From: Utricularia gibba
Taxonomy: Eukaryota; Plantae; Magnoliophyta
Assembly (NCBI GenBank): GCA_002189035.1
Contig: NEEC01000009.1
Span: 1,798,001 to 1,862,000 of the forward strand
Direction: 5' to 3'
Length of the DNA: 64,000 nt
This document shows, piece by piece, positions 28,013 to 40,034 of the stretch. The notes beneath the pieces were generated by a model that was not told where the DNA came from, ran no database searches, and saw nothing but the letters and a program-made list of their open reading frames with translations. Position numbers and translations under genes: made by a program. The first letter of the stretch is position 1, and every line of letters begins with the position of its first letter.

Positions 28013-31000
28013 ATGGCTGAAGGAGGTGAAAGGAGTTTCGCTCGAAGAGACCGTTTACTATCGATCGAGTCACAAGCGCAGAAGTTGTGGTCAGAAAATG
28101 GTGTTTTCGAATCGGAATCAAGGAATACTCCTCCAAAATCTGGTGAGAAGTTCTTTGGTAATTTCCCATTCCCGTACATGAATGGGTACCTTCATCTGGG
28201 CCATGCTTTTTCCCTTTCGAAGCTCGAATTTGCTGCTGCGTATCATAGACTGAGGGGAGCAAATGTCCTCTTGCCTTTCGGTTTTCATTGTACCGGAATG
28301 CCCATTAAGGCTTCGTCTGATAGACTTACCCGGGAGATTGAAAACGACGGAAATCCACCTGAGGCAGAGGGAAAGGTAGAGACTCAAATCGAAGGAGATC
28401 AGACTCAGCCACCTGGTAGTTATAAGAGTAAAAAGTCAAAGGCTGTTGCTAAATCTGGTGGCGTCATGTCCCAGTGGGAGATTATGCAAAGCTATGGTTT
28501 ATCTGATGAAGAGATAGTCAAGTTCACTGATCCATACCATTGGTTAACATTTTTCCCTCCTCTGGCTCTAGATGATCTCAAGGCTTTTGGACTGGGATGC
28601 GACTGGCGCAGAACTTTTATTACAACCGATATGAATCCCTATTTCGATTCATTTGTTAGGTGGCAAATGAGGAAATTGAAGGAAAAGGGTAAGATTGTCA
28701 AGGACTTAAGATATACCATATATTCACCTCTAGATGGTCAGCCATGTGCTGATCATGATAGGGCTTCTGGGGAAGGTGTTATCCCTCAGGAGTATACGCT
28801 TATAAAAATGGAAGTAATTTCTCCTTTTCCTCCGAAGTTGTGCAGTTTGAACGGGAAGAAAGTGTATCTAGCTGCAGCCACATTGAGGCCTGAGACTATG
28901 TATGGCCAAACAAATTGTTGGGTGCTTCCTGATGGAGAATATGGGGCTTTCGAAATCAATGATACTGATGTCTTCATATTAACAAAAAGAGCAGCAAGAA
29001 ATTTGGCTTATCAGAATCTCTCCCGTTTTCCATATAAAGAACCAGAAGCTCTTTTTATGTTGACTGGACAAGATCTGATTGGTTTGCCATTAAAATCACC
29101 CTTAGCCTTCAATGATATTATATATACCCTGCCTATGATGTCCGTTCTCACCGATAAGGGTACAGGAATAGTCACCAGTGTTCCAAGTGATTCACCAGAT
29201 GATTATATGGCCCTTCATGATCTCAAAGCAAAAGCACCTCTGCGAGCAAAGTATGGAGTGAAGGATGAATGGGTTTTACCATTTGACATCTTACCTATTA
29301 TTCACCATCCGGAATTTGGGGATAGATCCGCAGAAAGAATTTGTATTGAGAAAAAAATAATAAGTCAGAATGACAGGGAAAAGCTAGATGAAGCTAAGAA
29401 AGTAATCTACAAGGGTGGTTTCTATGAGGGAACGATGCTTGTTGGTGAGTTTACTGGAATGAAAGTTCAGGAGGCTAAGAGTTTGATCAGAAATCAGCTT
29501 CTAGATCTTGGTCTTGCTGTGGTATACAGTGAACCTGAGAAGAAGGTTGTGTCGAGGTCTAGGGATGAGTGTGTTGTGGCTTTGACCGATCAGTGGTACA
29601 TCACTTATGGAGAGACAGAGTGGAAGAAAGCTGCAGAGGAATGCTTAGCCTCTATGAATGTTTACTCGGAAGAATCTCGACATGGATTTGAACACACGTT
29701 GAGCTGGTTGAATCAGTGGGCGTGCTCACGTAATTTTGGTCTTGGCTCTCGTATTCCCTGGGACGAAGATTTTCTAGTTGAGTCCTTGTCAGATTCTACC
29801 ATTTACATGGCTTATTACACAGTGGCTCATATACTGCAAAAAGGGGACATGTATGGAGTTGATAGGTCTAACATAAAACCAGATCAGCTAACAGATGAGG
29901 TCTGGGATTTCTTATTTGTTGGTGGTCCATACCCCAAGTCCTCGGACATATCATCCACGGTCCTGAATAACATGAAGCAAGAATTTGAGTATTGGTACCC
30001 ATTTGATCTCAGAGTGTCCGGGAAGGATCTCATTCAGAACCATCTTACATTTTGTATCTATAATCATACTGCAATCTTCCCAAAGCATCACTGGCCTCGG
30101 GGCTTCAGGTGTAATGGGCTCATTATGGTGAATTCGGAAAAGATGTCCAAATCTAAGGGGAACTTTAAGACCCTTCGCCAATCAATTGAGGAGTTTTCAG
30201 CTGATGCCACAAGATTCGCACTTGCCGATGCGGGTGATGGGATGGATGATGCCAACTTTGTTTTTGATACTGCTAATGCTGCAATCTTGCGCCTTACTAA
30301 AGAACTTACATGGATGGAGGAAGTCATTTCCGTGGAGTCTTCTTTACGACAATCAACCCCTTCAACGTATGCTGATCTTGTGTTTGCAAATGAAATGAAC
30401 ATCGCAGTCCAGTTGACTGAGAAAAACTACAGCGAATATATGTTCCGAGAAGCTCTTAAAAGTGGTTTCTATGACCTTCAGGCCGCCAGAGATGAGTACA
30501 GGCTTTCTTGTGGCTCTGGAGGAATGAACCGTGATTTGTTATGGAGATTCATGGATGTTCAGACACGTCTCATCGCCCCTATCTGCCCACATTATGCTGA
30601 GCATGTCTGGAGGGAGCTGTTAAGGAGGGATGGCTATGCAGTCAAAGCAGGATGGCCAGAAGCAGGCAACCCAGATTTCACCCTCAAGAAGGCGAATACC
30701 TATTTGCAGGATACGATCGTCTCTATGAGGAAACTCATGCAAAAGCAGGTGACTGGGTCAAAGAAGGGCAAAGCGAACACATCCAATGCCCAGAATAAGC
30801 CAAAAGTTGGCTTGATATTTGTGAATGAGCAGTTTGATGGGTGGAAAAAGGAATGCCTTGGAATACTTCAGACGAAGTTCGACGCCTCCACTGGAGCGTT
30901 TGCATCGGATGCAGAGATTCTCTCCGAGTTGCAGAAAAGCGAGGTTGGGCAATCCGCCAACTTCAAGCAGATACAGAAGCTCTGCATGCCCTTTCTGAGA

Positions 31001-31231
31001 TTCAAGAAGGATGAAGTTAAGACTGTGGGTGTTCAGGCACTGGACCTCCGGTTGCCCTTCGGAGAAATCCAGGTTCTTTCCGAAAACGTAGAACTGATTG
31101 CACGGCAGTTGGGGCTGGACCGTGTTGAGGTTCTGTCCGCCGCCGACGCCGTCTCTCGGGCAGGACAGCATGCCTCCGTCCTGAACACCAATCCGCCATC
31201 TCCGGGAAATCCAACAGCAATCTTCTTCTGA
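28013..31231 (+). CDS. LARS: Cytosolic leucyl-tRNA synthetase, intronless CDS (1072 aa)
   Basis: PYMNGYLHLGH (HIGH), KMSKS, editing-domain ATLRPET and GTGIVTSVPSDSPDD, SGKDLIQNHL. Confidence 0.97.
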   Translation: MAEGGERSFARRDRLLSIESQAQKLWSENGVFESESRNTPPKSGEKFFGNFPFPYMNGYLHLGHAFSLSKLEFAAAYHRLRGANVLLPFGFHCTGMPIKASSDRLTREIENDGNPPEAEGKVETQIEGDQTQPPGSYKSKKSKAVAKSGGVMSQWEIMQSYGLSDEEIVKFTDPYHWLTFFPPLALDDLKAFGLGCDWRRTFITTDMNPYFDSFVRWQMRKLKEKGKIVKDLRYTIYSPLDGQPCADHDRASGEGVIPQEYTLIKMEVISPFPPKLCSLNGKKVYLAAATLRPETMYGQTNCWVLPDGEYGAFEINDTDVFILTKRAARNLAYQNLSRFPYKEPEALFMLTGQDLIGLPLKSPLAFNDIIYTLPMMSVLTDKGTGIVTSVPSDSPDDYMALHDLKAKAPLRAKYGVKDEWVLPFDILPIIHHPEFGDRSAERICIEKKIISQNDREKLDEAKKVIYKGGFYEGTMLVGEFTGMKVQEAKSLIRNQLLDLGLAVVYSEPEKKVVSRSRDECVVALTDQWYITYGETEWKKAAEECLASMNVYSEESRHGFEHTLSWLNQWACSRNFGLGSRIPWDEDFLVESLSDSTIYMAYYTVAHILQKGDMYGVDRSNIKPDQLTDEVWDFLFVGGPYPKSSDISSTVLNNMKQEFEYWYPFDLRVSGKDLIQNHLTFCIYNHTAIFPKHHWPRGFRCNGLIMVNSEKMSKSKGNFKTLRQSIEEFSADATRFALADAGDGMDDANFVFDTANAAILRLTKELTWMEEVISVESSLRQSTPSTYADLVFANEMNIAVQLTEKNYSEYMFREALKSGFYDLQAARDEYRLSCGSGGMNRDLLWRFMDVQTRLIAPICPHYAEHVWRELLRRDGYAVKAGWPEAGNPDFTLKKANTYLQDTIVSMRKLMQKQVTGSKKGKANTSNAQNKPKVGLIFVNEQFDGWKKECLGILQTKFDASTGAFASDAEILSELQKSEVGQSANFKQIQKLCMPFLRFKKDEVKTVGVQALDLRLPFGEIQVLSENVELIARQLGLDRVEVLSAADAVSRAGQHASVLNTNPPSPGNPTAIFF

Positions 31232-31850
31232 TTGCGGCGGTGAGGTAACTCTCCTTAATCCTAACCGTTGCCGTGGATGCTTCTCTTCATTTTTGTTCAC
31301 ATTTGCAATCATTTTATAAAATATTTTTTTATTGAACATTTACATGTGGTGCAGAGAACCGGCATTTCGACGCGGGCCAGCCGGTTCAGCGCAGTCGCGT
31401 GCTTTTTTAAAAAAATAAATAAATATGGATTTGTTTTGACTTCTAATTTTGAAATGATTAAATTAAATGATGTTTTTATTTTGGAATTGGATTGTTTCTA
31501 TTAATCTGTTATAATATAATTTTTGGGCATTTTTGAATTACGTGTTTCCTTTGAAAACTAACATGGGAACGAGAAAAATCGCCGGTCACAAATTTCCTCC
31601 ACAGGAAGTTGAAGCAAGCTGCCAACCTAGAGGAATGTGTGGCGCACAGCAGCGGTTCGAGTTCGTAGCAGTGATGTTGGAACCAAATTGGGTTACCCGA
31701 CCGGGTTCCTTCCGTGGCCGCAGGAGATTCCAACGAATCTTCCATTGCTTTTTTTGAAGTCAAGAACTCCACGCTTCTCCATTCCAAACTCCACAGGGCT
31801 CCATTTTTCGCACGCTCGTTGAAGGACTGAGTAGTTTTTTGGGGTGGGAT

Positions 31851-34800
31851 ATGGCATCTCTGAATTCCCATTTCGTGTTGATTGATCTCCGCACCTCGTG
31901 GAGTTCAGCTAAGCAGCTTCCGGGTTCAACCTTTTCGTGCCTAAGGAAATGCACCGCCGGGAGTCCTTCCTTTTCGGCCGCGATTCGTCGAGCACGTGGT
32001 CGGCGTGGGAAGGTCGCGTCATCGAGGTCTCCGGCGCCGGAAGTGACGTCACCGGAGATACGGAGGCCGAGGGGATGGTCAACGGCGGGAAATGGTTTAT
32101 CCGTTTCTTCTAATACGGCCTCTACCTCGAGTTCTGGATGTGGAGGGGATCAGGTGATATCGGACCTGGATTTGTTTCTTGAAATTGTTCCCTTGAGGAT
32201 GAGGCATGAGTTGCTCCGACATCAGGAGATTGGGCAGCTTATTGAGGTGGTTATGGATTTGGGAAGGAAGCCTTTGGCACGTTTTCCTTCTGGTGATTGG
32301 ATGATCTCTCAAGAAACAGTCAAAATTGATGATCTACAGTATTCTGTATCCAAGGTTGGAATTTTACGGCAAGTTTCCATTGAGTTTCTCTTTGATTCTA
32401 ACTGAGCCCTACAAGACGCTTGGCATAAGATTATAAGATTCGAATTTGTAGCGATTGATCATTAGTGTGGACAGAGGGCTGTTTTGCTGTCCTATGCTTG
32501 TTTATTTCTGTGAAAAGGAACTCCCTTGGCATTTACATTTCCCTGACTTTGGATTTTACATCACAAAGATGCGTTGTCATGTTGGCATGCCTTTGTTGGT
32601 GGTAATATTTGTAAGTTTAACTGATGATTTTCAGGTTGGAGAATTCTCTGATGACAACCGTTCAGGGATTGATCATTCACTACATCGTATTAGTGCCATA
32701 AGAAATAGGAAGATGCAAATCATCGGCCTTACTTGCCGGGTGGGTCGAGCTATATCCGGAAGTGCAGAAATAATAAGGGACTTGGTTGAAGGTGGGGAGT
32801 CCATATTGGTGATAGGACCTCCTGGAGTTGGCAAAACAACATTGATCAGGTGTGAACTTTTTTGAACCATTTATCCTGGAGTTGGCCTAATGCTGTTCTT
32901 TGTCACGGTGTAGCTTCGTGTTTTTAGGAGAACTTTGAGCTTGTTTGAAGATGATCATCGAGCTGTTAGTCAGATTTCTGTCATTGTTTTATTTTGTAGA
33001 GAAATTGCAAGGATTCTGGCAGATGACCGGAAAAAACGAGTAGTTATTGTGGATACATCGAACGAAATTGGTGGAGATGGAGATGTACCTCATTCTGGTA
33101 TAGGTTGTGCTAGGAGAATGCAAGTCCCAAATGTTGATTTACAGCACAAGGCGAGTCTTGAGATCTGCTCTCAGAACATCAGATTTCGGTTTCTGATTGT
33201 TGAATGTTGATTCTTTTCTTGAGCAGGTAATGATTGAAGCAGTTGAGAATCACATGCCGGAAACCATAATTATTGATGAAATCGGAACGGAGCTTGAAGC
33301 TTTGGCTGCTACTACCATTTCGCAAAGAGGTGTTCAGCTTGTTGCTACCGCTCATGGAATCACAATAGACAGCATCATAAAAAACCCTTCTCTGCAGACA
33401 CTTATTGGTGGAATAGAGGTGCAAACTGGATCCCTATCCCTTCAAATCATGTTTGTTCTTTGCACTACACTACCATCTATTCGAGAAAGCGGCACTAGTG
33501 TTGATGTGTCTTAGTTTGTTCAATTTTAGAGCGTTACTCTTGGTGATGAAGAAGCCAGGAAGAGAAAAGTGCAGAAAACTATTCTTGAGAGGAAAGGACC
33601 ACCTCCATTTACATGTGCTGTAGAGATAGTATCAAAAAGTGACTACAGAGTTCATCATCGTCTTGATGCAACGGTTGATGCTATTCTTGCAGGTGCCTTT
33701 GCACTTTCTTATAGAACTGCATATCATTTCCAGTAGCCATTTTTGATTGACGTTGATTAACGTTACCTTCCAGGGAAAGTTCCTTTGTTTGAACTGCGGC
33801 ACATAGCAACTCAACCTTCTGAGGTTGAGGTGAAATCAACTACAGCGAAGGAACAGATCCTCAAAGACCATATAGTGGGAGATGTCGTTAATGTTTCATC
33901 TGAGTTACTTCATCCAACTGAAGAAAAGGTTCTGGCGTACGCTAATTCGAATGTCAGTGAAGATAAGATGATTATAGCTGATCCTTATGTGAGAGATGAA
34001 TATCACTCTTCTGTTCCTGAGAAAGTTCATCCAAGATGCAGCTACCCAATACTTGTTTATACATATAAGGTCGACTTTATCAGCTGCGTTCACTTGATCT
34101 TGCTGGGGTGAAGCCATCTTGGCTTTTGCCCTTGTTAGAGGGAGAACAAGGGTAACTAAGAATTTTATGATTGTCTGTGTTTCAGATTCAAGAAGCTGAC
34201 TTGTTGCAAGTAGTGGCTGTGATGGGTCTCGAAGATAAACTTGATGTAACTGAAGATGTTGGCCACGCCGATGCGATTCTGGCCTCCAGTTATGAACTGA
34301 AGCAGAACCCCTGGATCCGTGGGGTAGCCAAGTTTCATCAGCTACCGGTATTCGTTATCAAGGTACTTCTTTCAAATTGATCCCTCCATCTGAGGCATAT
34401 GCATTGTGCTTATTCACTTTCTGTGACCAAACAGTCGGTTTCCATGGCTCAAATGGTAAAAGCAGTTCGCATGATCCTCTCGATGGATTCATTTAGCTCT
34501 GCACAAGCACATTCGAGCCAAAATTCCTTCGACATTGAGATTGAAGATGATGCTCCAAAACGGAAGCCTTCTCTTGAAGAGATTGATGCTCTTGAGGTAT
34601 AAATGTTTTTGCCTAATGTTCATGTTTTTGAATGATGAAACGGGAACACGAGCTAGGCATGAAATGCAAATACCTTCAGTTACACCCTAGATTGGAGACC
34701 TCTGGGAACCAAAAACATTTCTTCCTCCGCATCTTATCCACCTGATCATGAGCATGAACTTGCTATCATGTTAAGAGGAACTGCTGATCGGTTCCCACAC

Positions 34801-35114
34801 CACATACTAATGGTCTGATGGTCTGAATGCAGGAGGTCCGAATGGCAATTGAATACATCGTGATTCCAGGTGGAGAGCCGGTGGAAATCCTCCCAAGGCC
34901 ATCCCACATCGTTGCTCGACAACTCGAGCTCGTGGAGAGCTATCAGCTCTCTGTTCATAACTCAGGCACTGAATCTAACCCCAGGCTGCAAATACTTCCT
35001 CGCAGACTGAGCAAAACATCCCCAAACCCAAAGATGAGGCCAGTTCTTGGTAAGTACATGAACGCAGGTGATGAAGCAAAAGCCATCAACAGGCTTCCAT
35101 TTCTTCCTGAATAA
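31851..35114 (+). CDS. SPD1: Plastid ycf45/SpoIIIAA-like P-loop ATPase (SPD1-like), multi-exon
   Basis: Transit peptide; [12 protein letters not shown] (Walker A), [35 protein letters not shown] (Walker B), VQLVATAHG; C-terminal [11 protein letters not shown]...PRLQILP. The symbol is a best guess among ycf45 paralogs. Confidence 0.85.
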
Positions 35115-35264
35115 CAACCACTGGGCAAGTTCATTGCTCTGTAAATATGTGTGCATATCATATGAATCCCTCAATTGTTATTGCAGAGAGCCATTGATTC
35201 AAATACAACATTTGCTCCTCTGTGTATGCATATATATATTCATGCACTTCAAGCCAGGATTGGG

Positions 35265-37506
35265 TCATGAAGGCAAGAATGTGAATGTAATGGCCATGAA
35301 GGTAACAAAAACTACCATCATGGCCCAATGTAACGATGCTGATTTGCTTGAAACCGCGTCGCTCCCAAATATCATTCCAAACAAATCACCGTCGCCGTTG
35401 ACGTCACCGTAACCGCCGCCGCTCCTACTTGCTCCTCCGGGGTCGGCCCCTCCACGTGCATCGCCGCCCCCATTGTCTCGACTACACAAATAAAATTAGA
35501 ATATTTCATGTCTTCCGCTTCACAAGATTAAAACGGTGAGGCGGCCCGAATAGTAAACCGCTACGCACCTAGAGCCGCCGAGAACGCCGGCGTTGATGGT
35601 CAACTGCTCCACGAGGACGCCGGACTTGGGCTCCACGCTCGACGCCTTCGCATACTGCGGACTGACGCCGTCGCCGGACGGCACGAAGAATGCCCCATTT
35701 ACAAGAATGTCCCCCTCGCTCCGCCAATTCCAATCCACCCAATCCGACTCGGCCGCGTCCAACCTTTTTGTCACCTAAATTTAATTATATTTTTTTAATT
35801 CCAAAAAAATAAAAAGAAAAAGAAAGGTGAGGGGAGGGTAGTCTACGTAGACTAAAATCAACCAACGCAAATAATGTACAAATTATATTGCATTATTTTT
35901 AAATTTTTCACAAGATAAATAATAATTATAATTCCATATACAAACATGTGAATTTATGATTGTTTGCAATTATTGGGGTTATTTTATTTATATTTTGAAA
36001 AATGAAAAATAGCGAAAATTCAGTTTAATAATAAAAAAATACCTCCTTTGCGTTGGGGTCTGGGGGTGCGATGTAGCGATTGCCCTGGCTGTTGATCGTC
36101 GGCGAGGCGCTGCCGCCGATGGCGTACATTTGCCACTCGGTGAAGTCGTTGTTGACGACGTGGATGTATCCCCGCCGGCACCGGGGCATCCTTTGCACCA
36201 GACCCTCCCCGAAATAGTTGAACCCGATCGTCACCTGCAGCCCACAAGCTCCTGCTGCATCAGAAATGGAAGATGGAGATAGAGGATAACGGGAGAATGG
36301 AAAACCTGCATTGCGGAGTCCGGGGAGTAAGCGTCGCTGTGGCCTAAGAGCATGACCTTGTCGTGGTGTTCAAAATGGTTGTTGGAAATGGTTATCGCCG
36401 TCGAACCGAGAGTTACGTCTATCAATCCATCGCTGCAATCGGAGAGACTGCAGTGATCGATCCAAATCTCCTTCGAGCTCATAATTGAAATTCCGTCGCC
36501 GTCGGAGCCGCCTCGTTTCTCGAGTTGGCCGGGGGAGATTCGCACGGTGGCAGAGGGGGCCGGCCGGCATCCGTAGATGTGAACATTGTGGATTATCACA
36601 TTAGTTACGTGCTGCAGGGTGATGCATCCGTAGCCGGTGATGTGAACACCGGCTCCGCGGCCGTCGATTGTTTTGAAGCTGTTGAACACGAGTTCATGCT
36701 TGAGCTTGATTACCATGCTTGATTGGAAGATAATCCATAGCGGCTCCGTTTGGATCACAGCGTGGCGGAGAGTTCCCGGCGTCGGGTTCAGGGGATCGTT
36801 GTCGCCGGCAGAGTAGACGGTGTAGAATCTGCCGCCTTTCCCGCCGGTAGCGAGACGGCCGAATCCAATCCCGCAGTCCGCTAGTTGCTGGCGGTCCGCG
36901 GAAGCGCAACGCCAGCAGTCATCGACGGGGTTACCGGTCAGGCACTGAGCGTCGCCGGCGACCGGCGGCGAGGAGAGGAGGAGTTGGCGCCGCCGTGTAA
37001 GCGACGCATTGATTGTACTGAAAGAAGTCAAAAAAACAGCGGAGTTGGTTGGCATTGAACGTCAATCACCATCGTTGTTAAAGGACAAGGACACGCAAAA
37101 TGGAATCCCAAATCCGCCATTAAACAACACGAACAAAAACTCCAGCCGCTCAAAAGAATCAAAACGTGAGGTCAAATCACAAAAGCACTAATCCTAAACC
37201 TGAAATTTAATGAAACCCAGATGAACATTTTTCGTTTCAATCAAAACCCAGACGCCAAAATCTGAAATTCAAGCAAACCCAGATCCCAAAATCTCGAATT
37301 TACTGAAACCCAGTAGAGCATTTACAGTCTCAATAAAGAAAAACGGGAGCTTCAGACGGCCTTCCAACACACCTCTGCACATGTTGAACAACAGCTTCAG
37401 GGTCAGGATACCGATTCTGAAGCACCGATTTCACGGAAGAAACAGGGGATGAAGGAAACAGAGATACGAGAGAAAGCAAAATGAGAACCTTGTTGAGAGA
37501 AAGCAT
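35265..37506 (-). CDS. Pectate lyase-like protein with C-terminal extension (PMR6/PLL12-type), 5 exons
   Basis: Signal peptide, [59 protein letters not shown]; Gly-rich linker and hydrophobic terminus. Confidence 0.93.
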
Positions 37507-39160
37507 TCTTCTATCGTGAAAAAGGGCAAGAACAGGGGAGAGGAGAGGGAGGAGCCCAAGCAATGTCACCTACTCAGCTTGCGCTAATGACGATTAAAAC
37601 TCACTTTTTTATAGCAAATCAAGGACCAATAGTTAATTGAAGCGATATTCAGGAGTGATTTATGAGCAATCAAGACATGTTAGCCCCAGAAACGTCACAG
37701 ATTTTGGTGCAAAAAGAAGGGATAGATATATCCTTCCCTTCTTTTAATCAGCAAACTATCCTAAAAGTGACGAGATGCTGATTCCTGACTTCAAAAGTAG
37801 AAACTCTCACAAATGAGCCCCACTACTCAACCCTGGTTAAGTTAAGGAACCCGATACTTGACTATTGAACCTCTGAATCCATGCGTTTTTAGAAACCAAA
37901 CACACAAATGACCTCAAGCAAGCTTGTGTTGTCTACTGCTTCCTGACAGGAATCAACCCTTCAACTCAAGACATCCCAAGCATGCTGCGGTTCTGTTCTT
38001 TTATGAGATGGTGTGTTATTATGTGATGAAACATCCCCAAAGCATAGTCCTGTCCCTTGCTTAAACCATTCAGAAAGAAATCAGGTCCAAATCCATGGAT
38101 TTCAGAAAAACCCTCTTGAGACAGAGGACTGGGTGTGGCTTCTGCTACCCAGTTTCAAACATATCACTCAAATGGATCATCTCTTCACACTCTGGGTAAA
38201 GGGGTGACTAAAGAACAAGCTGCGCGTGAATGGATACAAGTAAAGGAGGATAAGGGGAATAAATGGGCTATCGCCGAAAGCAAAGGGATGGGGGAGGCGT
38301 ACTTTCATCGAAAATATCACATTTTGCAACTTCGCTTTCTTCTTCAGATGCATCAGGCTGCTGCTGGGTGGCTGTGAAGGTGATGCAGACTCAGGGCTTA
38401 CAACCCAGGCCTCAATTACAGCCCAATACAAGGTTATACCGTACAACACGCATAAATATCTGCTTGCTACAAGATTTTAATTATTAAATTTCACTGAAAT
38501 TTTTTATTGATCATTAATTTTTTTATGTTTAAGAATAAAATAACAAAAGTATAAAACCCGAGGCCTTTTTTTCGAAAAATAAATATTTAAACACTTAAAG
38601 ATTGGATGTTTTAAATATATAATATCACATTAATAGAGCGTACATCCTGAAATTGATATACTTAACTATAGTTACAAAAAATTTGAATAATATTTATTCT
38701 ATAAATTTTTTTTAAGAATTTAATAAATTAAATATCCAATTATATTAGATTAATCCATTAAATTATTAATTTATCATATCTATATTAATTAATATAATAT
38801 AATATATTTTATTAATTTAATTTCTATTTGAAACTGTTTTTATTATACTAAAAATATTTAAGAATGCTAAAAAAAACTCAAAAATGATTGTTATTTTTAA
38901 AAAGTTGCAAAAACCTCATTTTTATTTTTGGAAAACAATTTTTGAGAATTATATCAAAAACAGTATTAATATCCTATGAAATACCATGAGCAAACTGTAG
39001 ACTTGGAATTGTAATCCCAGATTTTCATTTTTCAGTTTGAGAGTGTTTTCTTGTTATGTTTAATGTGTTTGAATGAGTTGGTGGTCAATGAATGTTCCAA
39101 ATGTTCATGCGCCAAAAGGACTTGTGCATCGCCACACTTATTCATCCCATAAAAGGAAAA

Positions 39161-39634
39161 CTAGAAGAAGATCCGGTTGCCGTCGCCGTCGCCGTCTCCT
39201 CCGTCAGAAGGAGGATAGTTCCATGTATGGGTTCTGCCCCTCACCCCAAAATCAAGATCATCGGTTAAGTAAAACCCGTCGCTCCTAACAACCCAGTAGC
39301 AGAATCCAGTGGAGCAGTCGGATTTTATGTCGCGGCTGAAGACGTCGAATTCCTGCGAAAAATAGGTAGCCCACCAGAAACGGCAGAAGAACAAAGTGGT
39401 GTCGAAAATGTTTTCGCAGAAGTCCCATTTGTAGCTCTGGCCGACCATCAGATCATGGAACCCGAGATCGTTGTCCCTGGATTCGCATTGAATTTTGAGG
39501 GCATCGGAGTTGGGCGGCAGCTGGTTCAGTATCACCACGTTGTACTTCTTCGTCAGCACGCACCCCCGGGAGCCCTGCAGGGGAGCCATGACCGCCAGGA
39601 GGATGAGGATGAGGAGGAGCTTCATGTCTGCCAT
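39161..39634 (-). CDS. S-protein homologue SPH-A (plant self-incompatibility S1 family), with read-through C-terminal extension
   Basis: Signal peptide MKLLLILILLA, IQCESRDNDLGFH, WDFCEN, TLFFCRFWW, FDVF, CSTGFCYW, DGFY. Confidence 0.88.
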   Translation of the reverse strand: MADMKLLLILILLAVMAPLQGSRGCVLTKKYNVVILNQLPPNSDALKIQCESRDNDLGFHDLMVGQSYKWDFCENIFDTTLFFCRFWWATYFSQEFDVFSRDIKSDCSTGFCYWVVRSDGFYLTDDLDFGVRGRTHTWNYPPSDGGDGDGDGNRIFF

Positions 39635-39729
39635 GAAACCAAGAGGGAGAATTTGGGATGCCTTATATAGGAGTCGCGCATCACCGGATGATGGATTGCA
39701 TGAATTCCAACTCAATGTGATCTGCGTAA

Positions 39730-40034
39730 AACACATTGAATACCTGGAAAAGATCGGCGCCCCACCAGAAATGACAGAAGAACAGAGGGGTATGGAAGTA
39801 GTTGTCGCAGAAATCCCATTTGAAGGCCTGGTTCATCGTCAGATTATGGAACCCCAGATCGTTGTCCCTGGATTGACAATGAAAACTGAGGGGATCGAAG
39901 TCGAGGGGCAGCTGGCTCAGTATCAGCACGGTGTAGCCCTTGGTCGCGACGCACCCGCCGGAGGCCGGCATGGCGCAGTAGGGCGATATGACCGCCAGGA
40001 GGATGAGGATGAGGAGGAGCTTCATGTCTGCCAT
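39730..40034 (-). pseudogene. SPH-B: 3'-truncated copy identical to SPH-G
   Basis: 39730-40071 is base-for-base identical to 46689-47030. The ORF leaves SPH sequence after FQVFNV and stops at 39681. Confidence 0.88.

Noticed and set aside
31650-31675. GGTTCGAG resembling a tRNA T-loop
   Set aside because: No cloverleaf or A-box. No tRNA, rRNA or known miRNA was recognised anywhere in the window.
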